Shown here piece after piece: positions 26,072 to 35,828 of a stretch of 64,000 nt of DNA. The stretch comes from a virus (taxonomy: Duplodnaviria > Heunggongvirae > Uroviricota > Caudoviricetes). Made by a program: the position numbers and the translations under genes. How positions within the stretch are numbered: position 1 is the stretch's first letter; each line of letters starts with the position of its first letter. The stretch spans positions 46,825 to 110,824 of the IMG/VR virus record IMGVR_UViG_3300020156_000003; one strand, 5' to 3'. The notes below the pieces were generated by a model. The model saw only the letters and a program-made list of their open reading frames with translations, did no database searches and had not been told where the DNA came from.

Positions 26072-29000
26072 GCATCAACCACGCATTGTCCGTTCGCTCG
26101 GACTTCTCCATCGGACAATCGCTGCTCCAGGTGGATCACATCATCGACGAAGCCAAGAAGCACGGCTACGAGTCGGTGGCACTGGTCGATGATATGTCCA
26201 TCCACAACATGGTCGACTTCTCCAACCGCTGCAAGAAGGCGGGCATCAAGCCCATTATCGGCTGTCGTCTGCGCGTGGTCGATGACCCGACCTACCGCAA
26301 GCCGGCAAAAGCGTCCGGCGAGAAGGAAAAGCCGAACCCGCTCGTCATGATCAAGGCGTATGCCGTTGACGAACGCGGCATCTCCAGCCTGCTCAAGCTC
26401 TTGTCCAAAGCCAACAGCAAGGACTACTTCTATTACCACAGTCGCGTTGGCTGGGCCGACGTGATGGAGTTGAAGGGTGTGACCCTCACCACCGGCGACT
26501 TCTACGGCCTGTTTAGCCACCCGAGCTACGTCGATCGTCTCATGGCACTCAAGGGCTGGCATGGCGACAACCTATATGTGGAACTGACGCCGATCGACAC
26601 GCCGCTGTTCGATACGCTGAATGCCAAAGCGCTGGCCGCCATCGAGAAGTTTGACATTCCGCCTGTCGTGTCCTACCCGTTCATGTACCGCGACAACGCC
26701 GATGCATCGACGCTCGAAGTGCTGAACGCGATCGCCAACCAGATGAAGATGTCCACGCCGTACCGGCCCAAGCAGTTCATCAAGGACTTCGGCTTCAAGC
26801 CGCCGGTGGCGCTGGCGCAGAAGGTGGTGCAGGCGGCCGGTCGCGTTGCCAAATGGAACGGGGTCAAGAACCCCGACGCCTGGAAGCAGGGCGTGCTGAA
26901 CATCGAAAAGCTGGCCGCGGCTTGCGCCTACGAGTTCAAGAAGCAGCCGGTGTCGCTGCCGCAGATGGCAGCGAACGAGTTCGAGGCGCTCGGCAAGAAG
27001 TGCATTGAGGGCTGGAAGCGGCGCTTCAGCCAGCCCGTATTGGGCCACAAGCCGACCACCGCGGAGATTGCGGTCTACCAGGAGCGCCTGAAGTATGAAT
27101 TGGGCGTGCTGAAGAAGATGGGCTTTGCCGGCTACTTCCTGCTGGTCGAGGATCTGGTGATGTGGGCCAAGACCAACGGCATCATCGTCGGCCCCGGCCG
27201 CGGTTCCGTCGGCGGCTCGCTGGTGGCGTACCTGATCGGCATCACCGACGTGGACCCGATCCGGTTCAATCTGCTGTTTGAGCGCTTCATCAACCCCGAG
27301 CGCCTGGACTTGCCCGATGCCGATCTGGACTTCATGTCCACCCGCCGCCACGAAGTCATCCAGTACCTCGCGCAGAAATACGGTGCCGACCGCGTCGCAG
27401 GCATTTCCAACTTCGCCACGCTGGCGTCGGCGTCTGCCCTGCGTGATACCGGCCGCGTGTACGAGCTGGACAATCTGACGCTGTCGGCGACCAAGCTGGT
27501 GCCGAAAGAGCACGGCCAGTCCTTTACGCTGACCGATGCCGCCAAAGCGGTGCCGGAGCTGGAGAAGTTCCGCGACGAGCATGAGGAAGTCTGGAATCAC
27601 GCCCTGAAGCTCGAAGGCGTCATGCGCAGCTTCGGTAAGCACGCTGCCGGCGTGGTCGTGGGCGGTGAGCCGCTGGTCAATCGCGCCGTCATTGAGTCGC
27701 GTGCCAGCGACGAAGAATCCGGCGTGCCGGTGGTCAATTGGGACAAGCGCGTGGTCGAGGATTGGGGCCTGGTCAAGATGGACATTCTGGGCCTGTCCAC
27801 GCTCGACGTGCTGGAGATCGCCCGACAATACATCAAGGCGCGTCATGGCAAGGATGTCAATTACACGCTCTTGCCGCTCGAAGAACCGGACATCATGGAC
27901 GCGTTCGCCCGCGGCGACACCACCGGCGTGTTCCAGTTCGAGTCGCCTGGCATGAAAAAGCTGCTGCGCGATCTCGCCAAGGGCGGCAGGCTGACCTTCG
28001 AGGACATCACCGCGGCGACCGCGCTGTACCGACCTGGCCCGATGGACTCCGGCCTGATGGATGACTTCGTGCAAATCAAGCAGGGCGCCAAGAATCCGGA
28101 ATACGAGCATCCCAACATGGAAGCGGCCCTGAAGGACACCTACAGCGTCATCGTCTATCAGGAGCAGGTCATGCAGCTTGCCGTCGACCTGGCCGGCTTT
28201 ACTCGCGCCGAAGCGGATCATCTGCGCAAAGCGATGGGTAAGAAGGACAAGGACAAGATGGCGGAGATGCGCGACAAGTGGGTCAAGGGCTGCCAGTCGC
28301 ACTCCGGCATGAGTGAGAGCGCCGCCGGTGACCTGTTCGACAAGATCGAAGCCTTCGCCGGCTATGGTTTCAACCGCAGCCACGCCGTCGAGTATTCGGT
28401 CATCTCCTACTGGACGATGTGGGTGCGCGTGCGCTACCCCGCCGAATACTTCGCCGCCTGTCTGTCGATCGTGGACGATGACGAGAAGATGCTCGGCTTG
28501 GTCAACGACGCCAGGGAATGTGGTATCGAAGTGCTGCCGCCCGACATCAACCTGTCCACCGACCGATTCACCATTCCGGACGACAAGCATCTGCTGGCGC
28601 CGTTCTCCAAGGTCAAGGGCATTTCCGAGAACACCGCCCGCCGCATCGTCGAGCTACGCGAGAACAACCGCTCCTGGAAGGTCGGCAAGGTCAAGAAGAA
28701 GCGCGACGGCACGACCGAGGACGTGTGGGTGCTGGATGACACGTCGCCAGTCAAGGGCCGCTTCGACACGGACGAGGAGTTCGTGATGGCGGCGGCGCAG
28801 CCTGGCTCGAAGGTCAACAGCCGCGTGGTCGAGAACCTGCGTCTGGTCGGGGCACTGGCGTCGGTCGAGAAGGGCGCCAAGCCGGCGCGCGACCTGTCGC
28901 GGCGCAAGGATCAGGTGGAACTGCTCCCTGGCCTGATCCTGGACAGCGTGAAGGCGGATCGCACCACCGATGTCACCGAGCCGTTCGTCAAAGCTAAGAT

Positions 29001-29535
29001 CATTCACATCGTCCAGGACTACCGCTCCTGCGATGCGTGCGACCTGGCAGGGCAGCCGCATCCGGCGATCCGGATGAAATCGACCGTCAAGTTCATGGTC
29101 GTCCACGACTGCCCGAACTGGCAGGAGGAGAAGACAAACAAGCTGATCGAGGGCGACTCGGCGGATTACCTGAAAGCTGCGATCAAAGGCGCTGGCCTGT
29201 CGCCCGCTGACGGGTATTACACGACGCTGGTGAAAGCCAAAAAAGACGGGAAGTTCTTGAGCAACGGGCAGATCAATGGCTGCGCGCAGTTCTTGAACCG
29301 CGAGCTGGAAGTGATCAAGCCGGCAGTGATCGTGGCGCTGGGCAGTTCGTCAATCAAGCGCTTCCTGCCTGGTCACAAGGGCGGCACTGCCGAGCTGGTG
29401 GGCAAAGCGATCTATGACGCCAAGCTCGACGCAACCATCGTCTGCGGCATCAATCCGCAGCAGATTTACCACGACGCAGCAAAGGCAGAGATCCTGCAAG
29501 CCGTGTTCGAGAAGGTCGCCGAGATTTTGTCGTAG
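26068..29535 (+). CDS. dnaE: DNA polymerase III alpha (DnaE-type) with a C-terminal UDG-fold (family 4-like) domain.
   Basis: N-terminal PHP domain. Catalytic stretch GPGRGSVGGSLVAYLIGITDVDPIRFNLLFERFINPER...LPDADLDF. The C-terminal roughly 175 aa (about 29000-29532) show UDG-family-4-like topology but with variant motifs, VHDCPNWQE in place of GEAPG and GINPQQI in place of HPSPLN. Confidence 0.9.
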   Translation: MSINHALSVRSDFSIGQSLLQVDHIIDEAKKHGYESVALVDDMSIHNMVDFSNRCKKAGIKPIIGCRLRVVDDPTYRKPAKASGEKEKPNPLVMIKAYAVDERGISSLLKLLSKANSKDYFYYHSRVGWADVMELKGVTLTTGDFYGLFSHPSYVDRLMALKGWHGDNLYVELTPIDTPLFDTLNAKALAAIEKFDIPPVVSYPFMYRDNADASTLEVLNAIANQMKMSTPYRPKQFIKDFGFKPPVALAQKVVQAAGRVAKWNGVKNPDAWKQGVLNIEKLAAACAYEFKKQPVSLPQMAANEFEALGKKCIEGWKRRFSQPVLGHKPTTAEIAVYQERLKYELGVLKKMGFAGYFLLVEDLVMWAKTNGIIVGPGRGSVGGSLVAYLIGITDVDPIRFNLLFERFINPERLDLPDADLDFMSTRRHEVIQYLAQKYGADRVAGISNFATLASASALRDTGRVYELDNLTLSATKLVPKEHGQSFTLTDAAKAVPELEKFRDEHEEVWNHALKLEGVMRSFGKHAAGVVVGGEPLVNRAVIESRASDEESGVPVVNWDKRVVEDWGLVKMDILGLSTLDVLEIARQYIKARHGKDVNYTLLPLEEPDIMDAFARGDTTGVFQFESPGMKKLLRDLAKGGRLTFEDITAATALYRPGPMDSGLMDDFVQIKQGAKNPEYEHPNMEAALKDTYSVIVYQEQVMQLAVDLAGFTRAEADHLRKAMGKKDKDKMAEMRDKWVKGCQSHSGMSESAAGDLFDKIEAFAGYGFNRSHAVEYSVISYWTMWVRVRYPAEYFAACLSIVDDDEKMLGLVNDARECGIEVLPPDINLSTDRFTIPDDKHLLAPFSKVKGISENTARRIVELRENNRSWKVGKVKKKRDGTTEDVWVLDDTSPVKGRFDTDEEFVMAAAQPGSKVNSRVVENLRLVGALASVEKGAKPARDLSRRKDQVELLPGLILDSVKADRTTDVTEPFVKAKIIHIVQDYRSCDACDLAGQPHPAIRMKSTVKFMVVHDCPNWQEEKTNKLIEGDSADYLKAAIKGAGLSPADGYYTTLVKAKKDGKFLSNGQINGCAQFLNRELEVIKPAVIVALGSSSIKRFLPGHKGGTAELVGKAIYDAKLDATIVCGINPQQIYHDAAKAEILQAVFEKVAEILS

Positions 29536-29540
29536 GAATC

Positions 29541-29554
29541 AGTCACGGGTGACT
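29541..29554. promoter_or_regulatory. Operator palindrome
   Basis: AATCAGTCACGGGTGACTAT. Confidence 0.5.
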
Positions 29555-29621
29555 ATGTTATCCGTGCTGCGAAACGTAGTATGAGCATTCAACCGAGAAA
29601 CACTCTTTGAAGGAGAAAAAC

Positions 29622-30641
29622 ATGGCAGCACAAAAGGAAATTCCCGTCGAGGACGCCGAACTGGACGCCCTGATGGCGGAGCTGGAGGAGGCAACCGCGG
29701 ACGTGGTGGAAGTGCCGACCGCTCAAGCGGCAGCAGCGTCCGGCGGTGACGAGCTGGAAGCCCTGGAGCTGGAAGACGTGAGCGACGCGCCGGCGCCCGC
29801 ACCCGAGCAGGTGTCCGCCTCGCTGGACGAGTCGGTCGCTGAACCCGAGCCGCAGTTCATCATTCCTGGCGCAAACAAGGAGAAGGGCGAATCGGTCGAC
29901 GCCGACCTGGCTGCGCTCGAAGCCGAGCTGGCGGAAACCACCGCTACGCCCGAGCCGGTGCCGATGAAGATCAGCAAGCCGGCAGAGGCGACGCGCCGCG
30001 TGGTTGAAGGTCAGCCGACCCTGGCCGAGACTGTCGCGGCGAAGAAAGATCCCGAACCCGCCAGAACAACCCTGACCGGCGCCGCCGCCCTGAAGGCTGC
30101 CGCTGACGCAGTCGCCGCTGAACTGCCCGAGCCGGTGCCGAACCCGATGCCGAAGAAGCAGGCGGCTTCGCTGAACTACTACCTCGACATGGACAAGTTC
30201 CGTGACGAAATCCGCATCTCCAGCACCAACATCGACGACGCCATGATGCAGCAGTCGGGTCTGCGCGCCTTTTACCAGGAGCAGGCGGCCCAGGCTGAAG
30301 CGCAACACGCCCGCCTGAAGCTGCGTGCCGAGATCGTCGAGGCGGCGCTCTACAAGAAGCACCGCAAGGCGCTGCTGGACGCCGGCGAGAAGGCGACGGA
30401 GAAGATGGTCGAGGCGGAAGTGCTGCTTGATCCGGAATACGTCGCCGCCAAGAACCGCGTGATCGAAGCTGAAACCATTGCGGCGACCCGCCGCGCGGCC
30501 GTCGATGCCCTGAAGGATCGCAAGGACATGCTGGTGCAGATCGGCGCCGACCGTCGCGAAGAAGGCAAGGGCGCGCTGCGCGTGCTGGAGAACCAAAGCC
30601 TGCGTGATCGCGCTATGGCGGCTGCGGGTAAGGCCGCCTGA
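29622..30641 (+). CDS. Hypothetical protein with an acidic N-terminal half.
   Basis: GAAGGAGA RBS. Glu/Asp/Ala-rich N-terminus. Confidence 0.5.
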   Translation: MAAQKEIPVEDAELDALMAELEEATADVVEVPTAQAAAASGGDELEALELEDVSDAPAPAPEQVSASLDESVAEPEPQFIIPGANKEKGESVDADLAALEAELAETTATPEPVPMKISKPAEATRRVVEGQPTLAETVAAKKDPEPARTTLTGAAALKAAADAVAAELPEPVPNPMPKKQAASLNYYLDMDKFRDEIRISSTNIDDAMMQQSGLRAFYQEQAAQAEAQHARLKLRAEIVEAALYKKHRKALLDAGEKATEKMVEAEVLLDPEYVAAKNRVIEAETIAATRRAAVDALKDRKDMLVQIGADRREEGKGALRVLENQSLRDRAMAAAGKAA

Positions 30642-30673
30642 TACCCACATTTTGCCTCATGCTAGCAAGCTGA

Positions 30674-30697
30674 GATAAGTCAGCGGTGAGGTATAAT
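30674..30697 (+). promoter_or_regulatory. Type A-like promoter, copy 3.
   Basis: GATAAGTCAGCGGTGAGGTATAATG. Confidence 0.55.
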
Positions 30698-30781
30698 GTA
30701 AGAGCTGAAACGATGTAACGCACCGGAAGGGCGCCAAGTCTAAAAGGCAACTTTTTAACCTGACCTACGAAAGAACGAACT

Positions 30782-31645
30782 ATGGACAAAAACAAACTGA
30801 TGGAACTGATGGCCGCCAAAAAGCAGTCGATGAAAAAGACTGAAAAGACGACCAAGATCGAGCCTGGTGAAAACCGCGTCGTCATCCTCCCCGGCTGGCG
30901 CGCCATCAACAAGGATGGCGAGCTGGACGCCAACGGTGATCCGACATGGTTCCACGACTTCGGCCAGCACTTCATCAAGGATGCTGCCGACCAGATCCAG
31001 GCCGTGTATCTCTGCACTCATGCCACCTTCGAGAAGGAGTGCGCAGTCTGTTCCGCCCTGGCTGCCGCCACCCGCTCGGCCGCTGACGATGCAACGACGG
31101 AAGTCCTGGCGAAAGCCAAAGCCTCCCGTACTGTCCTCGTCAACGCGCTCATGCTGGACAGCAAGGACAACCCGAACACTCCGGTGATCCTGGAGCTGAA
31201 GCGTGGTGTGTTCGAGCAGATCGTGGACATCTGCCTCGAATACGAGGGCGCACCGCTCGACCCGAACGGCGCGATCATCCTCAAGATCAGCCGCGATGGC
31301 AAGGGCTTGAACACCAAGTACACCGCGATGCCGACCGCAAAGAAGGTGAAAGTGCCGTCCTCCGTGCTGGCGAAGGTTCACAACCTGGACGACTACGTCA
31401 AGCAGGAATCCGAAGAACAGCAGCGTCGTGCGATCGGCGCCATCAACAGCGTTGCAGGCGTTCTGCCGGCACCTGGCACTGGCGGCGACCGTCCGGCAAC
31501 TTCTGCCGCGCGTCTTGCCGGCCCGAGCAAGGGCGATGAGTTCGAGGACATTCCTGACTTCGACGCAGCGCCGGCGAAGGCTGCTGCGGCCGATCCGGCT
31601 CTCGATTCCGAGCTGGATGACCTCCTGGGCAACCTGCCGGAATAA
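30782..31645 (+). CDS. Single-stranded DNA-binding protein, T4 gp32-like.
   Basis: VNALMLDSKDNPNTPVILELKRGVFEQI resembles the gp32 stretch [31 protein letters not shown]. Candidate zinc ligands H...C-x8-C-x2-C. Acidic C-terminal tail DEFEDIPDF...DSELDDLL. Confidence 0.55.
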   Translation: MDKNKLMELMAAKKQSMKKTEKTTKIEPGENRVVILPGWRAINKDGELDANGDPTWFHDFGQHFIKDAADQIQAVYLCTHATFEKECAVCSALAAATRSAADDATTEVLAKAKASRTVLVNALMLDSKDNPNTPVILELKRGVFEQIVDICLEYEGAPLDPNGAIILKISRDGKGLNTKYTAMPTAKKVKVPSSVLAKVHNLDDYVKQESEEQQRRAIGAINSVAGVLPAPGTGGDRPATSAARLAGPSKGDEFEDIPDFDAAPAKAAAADPALDSELDDLLGNLPE

Positions 31646-31662
31646 TCCGCCGGCAGTTTGAA

Positions 31663-31691
31663 GGGCCAGCCAGTGCGCTGGCCCTTTTTCC
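31663..31691 (+). terminator. Rho-independent terminator
   Basis: GGGCCAGC-cagtgc-GCTGGCCC followed by TTTTTCCC. Confidence 0.7.
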
Positions 31692-31708
31692 CTCAAGGAG
31701 AAAATTTC

Positions 31709-32617
31709 ATGTCCACGAACAAAGTATTGCTGATCGACGCAAACAGCATCGGATACGCGTCGCAATCGGCAACCAAGCTGTCGGCTGGCGGGATGGAAAC
31801 CCAGGCCGCTTACGGCTTCATCAAGACCATGCGCGAGCTGCGCATCCAATTCCCCAAATTCACCCCGTTCGTCCTTTGGGATGGCCGCGCGGAATGGCGC
31901 TTCAAGCTGTTTCCGGACTACAAGAGCAACCGCAAGGACTCGCCGGAAAAGATCGCGATGAAAGAGTCGTACGCCAAGCAGAAGCCTTACATCGAATCCA
32001 TGCTGCGCCATCTGGGTGTGCGCCAGTTGACCTGCTTCTCCGCTGAAGCGGACGACATGGGCGGTTACTTCGCCGCCAAGCTATCGACCGCGCCTGATGC
32101 CGAGGTCGGTCTGATCACCGGCGACCGCGACTGGATCCAACTGGTGCGCAAAAACGTGTGGTGGAAAGATCCGCGTGACGATGCCCGGTACGTCGACGCC
32201 GCCAACTTCTACAAGAAGACTGGCTGCAAATCCCCGTTCGCCTTTCTGGAGACGAAGATCCTCATGGGAGACAGCTCGGACTGCATCTCCGGCGTCGGCG
32301 GGATCGGTGAAAAGGGGGCGCCAGAGTTCATCGCTGAGTTCGGGAGCGTGCGCAAGTTCTGGCAGCTCTGTGACAGCGGTGCATTCGAGCCTCGCTTGAA
32401 AAAGCACAAGAACCTTGCATCACCCGAGGGCCGCGCACTCTACAAGCGCAACTTCCAACTGATGCAACTCCTGAAGGTCGAGCCGCCGGCGAGGGCAGAC
32501 CTGAAAGTCGACACCGGAAGGTTCGACAAGGAAGCATTCGCCAACGCCTGCGAGGAGCTGGCGTTCGTCTCGATCCTGCGCAACCTGGACGAGTTCACCC
32601 TTCGATTCAAACCCTAA
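31709..32617 (+). CDS. 5'-3' exonuclease / flap endonuclease (FEN)
   Basis: N-terminal PIN-like LLIDANSIGY. H3TH motif GDSSDCISGVGGIGEKGA. Confidence 0.85.
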   Translation: MSTNKVLLIDANSIGYASQSATKLSAGGMETQAAYGFIKTMRELRIQFPKFTPFVLWDGRAEWRFKLFPDYKSNRKDSPEKIAMKESYAKQKPYIESMLRHLGVRQLTCFSAEADDMGGYFAAKLSTAPDAEVGLITGDRDWIQLVRKNVWWKDPRDDARYVDAANFYKKTGCKSPFAFLETKILMGDSSDCISGVGGIGEKGAPEFIAEFGSVRKFWQLCDSGAFEPRLKKHKNLASPEGRALYKRNFQLMQLLKVEPPARADLKVDTGRFDKEAFANACEELAFVSILRNLDEFTLRFKP

Positions 32618-32630
32618 CGGAGTATCCACC

Positions 32631-33638
32631 ATGACATCATCTGCACTGATCGCCGATTTCGACAAAGCCTTCGGCGGCAACGACGACAACGCCACACCGT
32701 CGCAATACGTCAACACCGGCTTTGCGCCGCTGAACTACATCATCTCGGGTCGCCACGACGGCGGCCTGGCCTACGGGCGCATGTATGAGGTCTTCGGCGA
32801 ATCTTCGACGGGCAAGACCGCACTGGCAACCGACTGGATGGCGGAGGCGCAGCGCATGGGCGGCGCCGCGGCCTTCATGGATTGGGAGCGCAGCTTCAAC
32901 GAAGACCTGGCCGTGCATGGCTATGGGTTGAAGGCTGAGAAGCCGATCTGGCTCTACAAGAAGCCGAACACATGGGAAGAAGGCAACACGGTCGCGGCGA
33001 AATACTGTCAGTGGCTTCGCGAGAAAAAGGTCATCAAGGATGACGCGCCGATCCTGATTGTGCTGGACTCGATTGCCTCTGCCATCCCGAACTCGATGGC
33101 AGAGAAGGACTTCTCCGAGTACAGCATGAACGACACCACGGCGCTGGCACGCGTGACCTCGACCACGCTGAAGTCGATGGCGCTGTTTGCCGAGCGCTTC
33201 AACGCCATCTTCGTCTACCTGAATCAGATGCGCCTGAAACCCGGCGTGGTCTACGGCGATCCGCGCACCACTCCTGGCGGCAAGGCGATGGAATTCTACG
33301 CGACGGCACGCCTGGCGCTCGGCCGCGAGAAGATCATGCAGCAGCAGGCGGGCGGCAAGGAATTCGTCGGTCAGAAGATCAATATCCAGTGCGTCAAGTC
33401 GAAGCTGACCAAGCCGTTCAAGGAAACCGCGATGCGCCTGACCTTCGATGAGTCCGGTATCGCCTACTTCGACAAGGAATTCAGCCTGGTCGAAACGCTG
33501 GTGGATCTGAAGAAGATCGCGACGCCGCGCAACGGCTATGTGGAATATGAAGGCACGCAGTATTCCAAGAAGCAGATGGCGGAGAAGATTCGCACTGAAG
33601 GACTTGGCCCGAAGATGGTTGCCATGCTGATGGCCTAA
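32631..33638 (+). CDS. RecA/UvsX-family recombinase
   Basis: Walker A GESSTGKT. Walker B ILIVLDSIASAIP. RecA-fold context. Confidence 0.8.
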   Translation: MTSSALIADFDKAFGGNDDNATPSQYVNTGFAPLNYIISGRHDGGLAYGRMYEVFGESSTGKTALATDWMAEAQRMGGAAAFMDWERSFNEDLAVHGYGLKAEKPIWLYKKPNTWEEGNTVAAKYCQWLREKKVIKDDAPILIVLDSIASAIPNSMAEKDFSEYSMNDTTALARVTSTTLKSMALFAERFNAIFVYLNQMRLKPGVVYGDPRTTPGGKAMEFYATARLALGREKIMQQQAGGKEFVGQKINIQCVKSKLTKPFKETAMRLTFDESGIAYFDKEFSLVETLVDLKKIATPRNGYVEYEGTQYSKKQMAEKIRTEGLGPKMVAMLMA

Positions 33639-33659
33639 AGCCCAACAGGCTTGCGTTTC

Positions 33660-33691
33660 TATAATCAGTCGGGGGCGTTCCCCGACTGATT
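33660..33691. promoter_or_regulatory. TATAAT followed by a perfect 12 bp-arm palindrome.
   Basis: TATAATCAGTCGGGG-gcgtt-CCCCGACTGATTAGGAG-ATG. Confidence 0.55.
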
Positions 33692-33696
33692 AGGAG

Positions 33697-34053
33697 ATGC
33701 AAATGGAAGTGCCGGTCATTGGTTTTATCCCGCCAGTCGAAGGTGTCGAAGGCGAATTCAACACCTTCCGACTTGGCAGCACGTTCGTCAAGCGGCTGAA
33801 GGAGGGCGACGAAGTCTTCCTGATGGACGAGAAGAACAAGGTGGTGTTTGGACGCGCGCAGGTGATGCGCGTGGAAGGCGGGTTGCTCGGTGAACTTTGC
33901 CTGCTGCACGCCGAAAAGAATCATAGAGAATTGAAGCACGACGCAGAGGGCGCGTCGGAACGGTTGTTCAAGTATTTGCAGAAGATTTACGGGCCGCACA
34001 TCGCCACCCCGACGAAGAAGGCATGTGTGATTTATATGCGGAGGTTGGAATGA
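33697..34053 (+). CDS. Hypothetical protein, possibly ASCH/PUA-like.
   Basis: FVKRLKEGDEVFLMDEKNKVVFGRAQV weakly resembles an ASCH domain. Confidence 0.35.
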   Translation: MQMEVPVIGFIPPVEGVEGEFNTFRLGSTFVKRLKEGDEVFLMDEKNKVVFGRAQVMRVEGGLLGELCLLHAEKNHRELKHDAEGASERLFKYLQKIYGPHIATPTKKACVIYMRRLE

Positions 34054-34430
34054 GCAAAGTCTACAAAAACATGGGCCTCGACGACATTATGCCCTTCGGC
34101 AAAAAGCACAAGGGCAAGTCGTTGGAGCAGATTTACAAGGAGGATGTCGGCTACTTGGTGTGGCTGCGTCACACCAGGAAGTCTGAGAACGGCGACACCG
34201 AATGGTTCAGCCGCGAGATGCACATCCTCCTGGACGACGCCATCAAGAAGGATCCGCAGCTTCGTAAGAAGTATGAAGTGTGGAATGTTGCGTCACTGTC
34301 CGATACCGATCCCGTTCGGGCGGCCATTGCCAGTGCAGAGCCGCCGATGGAGCTGAATGAGGTCGGCGCCGTGATCGAGAAGGAGAAAGAGGCGGAGTTC
34401 GCCTACGCTGAAAATTGGGGGAGCTACTGA
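34050..34430 (+). CDS. DUF3820-like protein (PFGKYKG...YLxWL motif).
   Basis: MPFGKKHKGKSLEQIYKEDVGYLVWL. Confidence 0.4.
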   Translation: MSKVYKNMGLDDIMPFGKKHKGKSLEQIYKEDVGYLVWLRHTRKSENGDTEWFSREMHILLDDAIKKDPQLRKKYEVWNVASLSDTDPVRAAIASAEPPMELNEVGAVIEKEKEAEFAYAENWGSY

Positions 34431-34618
34431 TGAACCTGATCGAACGCATCCAAAACGCCGTGATTTGCGACGACGCCGATCCCGCAAAAGAAAGCGAGTG
34501 CATCATTGCCACCTACGAGGAGGGCGACATTGAGGTTAAGCGGGCGCTGGACGACGTGTTCATCAGCCTGACTGGCTGGTCGCTGGCGACGATGATCAAG
34601 GAGCTGAAGAATGGATAA
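34430..34618 (+). CDS. Hypothetical small protein
   Basis: ORF with a coupled start. Confidence 0.35.
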   Translation: MNLIERIQNAVICDDADPAKESECIIATYEEGDIEVKRALDDVFISLTGWSLATMIKELKNG

Positions 34619-34976
34619 ATACCTGGCACTGGAGAAGCGGCTGGCCGAGTTGTTGGGCTACAGGGACATCTTCCGCCTGAAAGTCGATGGCGTCGAGCAC
34701 GGCGGTCTGCATTACAACAAGAGCACCTTCACCGGCGGCGAGAAGGTGCCGCGCTGGACGCGCGACTGGAGCGCCTGCGGCCCGTTGATGGCGGAGCATG
34801 GGCTGGCTACGCAAGTGCAAAACGAACTACACACGGCGCAAGTATCTACGGTTGATGGGCCAATAGTTCTTCGGATTGAACGATTTGCCGACCACCCCGA
34901 CAAGGATACCGCCGTGCGTTACGCCATCGTGCAGGCGGTGATCGCCAAGCTGGAGTCCGAACGTGGTAAGGCGTGA
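34611..34976 (+). CDS. Hypothetical protein
   Basis: ORF. Confidence 0.45.
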   Translation: MDKYLALEKRLAELLGYRDIFRLKVDGVEHGGLHYNKSTFTGGEKVPRWTRDWSACGPLMAEHGLATQVQNELHTAQVSTVDGPIVLRIERFADHPDKDTAVRYAIVQAVIAKLESERGKA

Positions 34977-35331
34977 GAGGCACACCGTCAACGGCAGGTT
35001 TTATGGCGTCTACTACACCCTGGAGGACGGCCGCGAACTCTACCTGGCGCACCGCCGGCAGGATCAGATTTACCGCGACAAGAACGCCTGGTGTATCGAC
35101 GTGCAACTGCTGGATCGCTGCAAGCGCCGCGGCATCAAGGTGATTGGCGTCGTGGCTCGCTTGGGCGGGCAGAAGATGGTCTGGCTGACGCTCCTGGACG
35201 ACTTCTTCGATTCGCCGCAGAGCTTCAAGGTGTTCGCCACTAGCAGTCAGCGTGGATTGCCGCTGTCGCAGTTCCGCATCGATCCACTTAAGCGCGCGGA
35301 GACAATTGCTAAGTCTGTGAAGATTCGTTGA
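34963..35331 (+). CDS. Hypothetical protein
   Basis: ORF. The start codon is uncertain. Confidence 0.4.
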   Translation: MVRRERHTVNGRFYGVYYTLEDGRELYLAHRRQDQIYRDKNAWCIDVQLLDRCKRRGIKVIGVVARLGGQKMVWLTLLDDFFDSPQSFKVFATSSQRGLPLSQFRIDPLKRAETIAKSVKIR

Positions 35332-35404
35332 TTTCCTCGCGCAAATCACTCACTCCTGACTAAATTGTCTATAATGATGCTTTAGACAAGCAAGTGAGGT
35401 CGCG

Positions 35405-35800
35405 ATGATTCTATCAACTGCGGCGCTGTGCTTGGCATTGAATGTCTACCATGAGGCAAGAGGGGAACCCACCGCAGGACAGTATGCAATTGCCCATGTA
35501 ACGATGAATCGTGCCAACAACGACAAGCGCCAGGTATGCAAAGTGGTGTTGCAGCCACGTCAGTTTAGCTGGACGGCGGAGAAGGTGCTGGACAGGCGTT
35601 TGCTGGACGCGGGCAAGCCCACTGAGGCGCAAGCGTGGGAGACGGCAAAGATGGTCGCAAACACGGTCTTGGCAGGCAAGATGCCGGACTTTACCTGGGG
35701 CGCAACGCACTTCCACAGCAAGACAGTGCGTCCCAAATGGAAATACAGGATGGTGCTGACGAAAGCCATCGGCGGGCACTATTTTTATCGCGCAGTATAA
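35405..35800 (+). CDS. Cell-wall hydrolase, SleB/Hydrolase_2 family.
   Basis: NVYHEARGEP...AIAHVTMNRANN fits the SleB-family signature EARGE...AVA.VI.NR. Confidence 0.65.
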   Translation: MILSTAALCLALNVYHEARGEPTAGQYAIAHVTMNRANNDKRQVCKVVLQPRQFSWTAEKVLDRRLLDAGKPTEAQAWETAKMVANTVLAGKMPDFTWGATHFHSKTVRPKWKYRMVLTKAIGGHYFYRAV

Positions 35801-35816
35801 TCAGTCATAAATGACT
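35796..35816. promoter_or_regulatory. TATAAT plus operator palindrome plus Shine-Dalgarno sequence.
   Basis: TATAATCAGTCATAAATGACTTAGGAGG-N5-ATG. Confidence 0.55.
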
Positions 35817-35828
35817 TAGGAGGATAGC

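Noticed and set aside
26572-28590. 672 aa minus-strand ORF
   Set aside because: It is antisense to dnaE.
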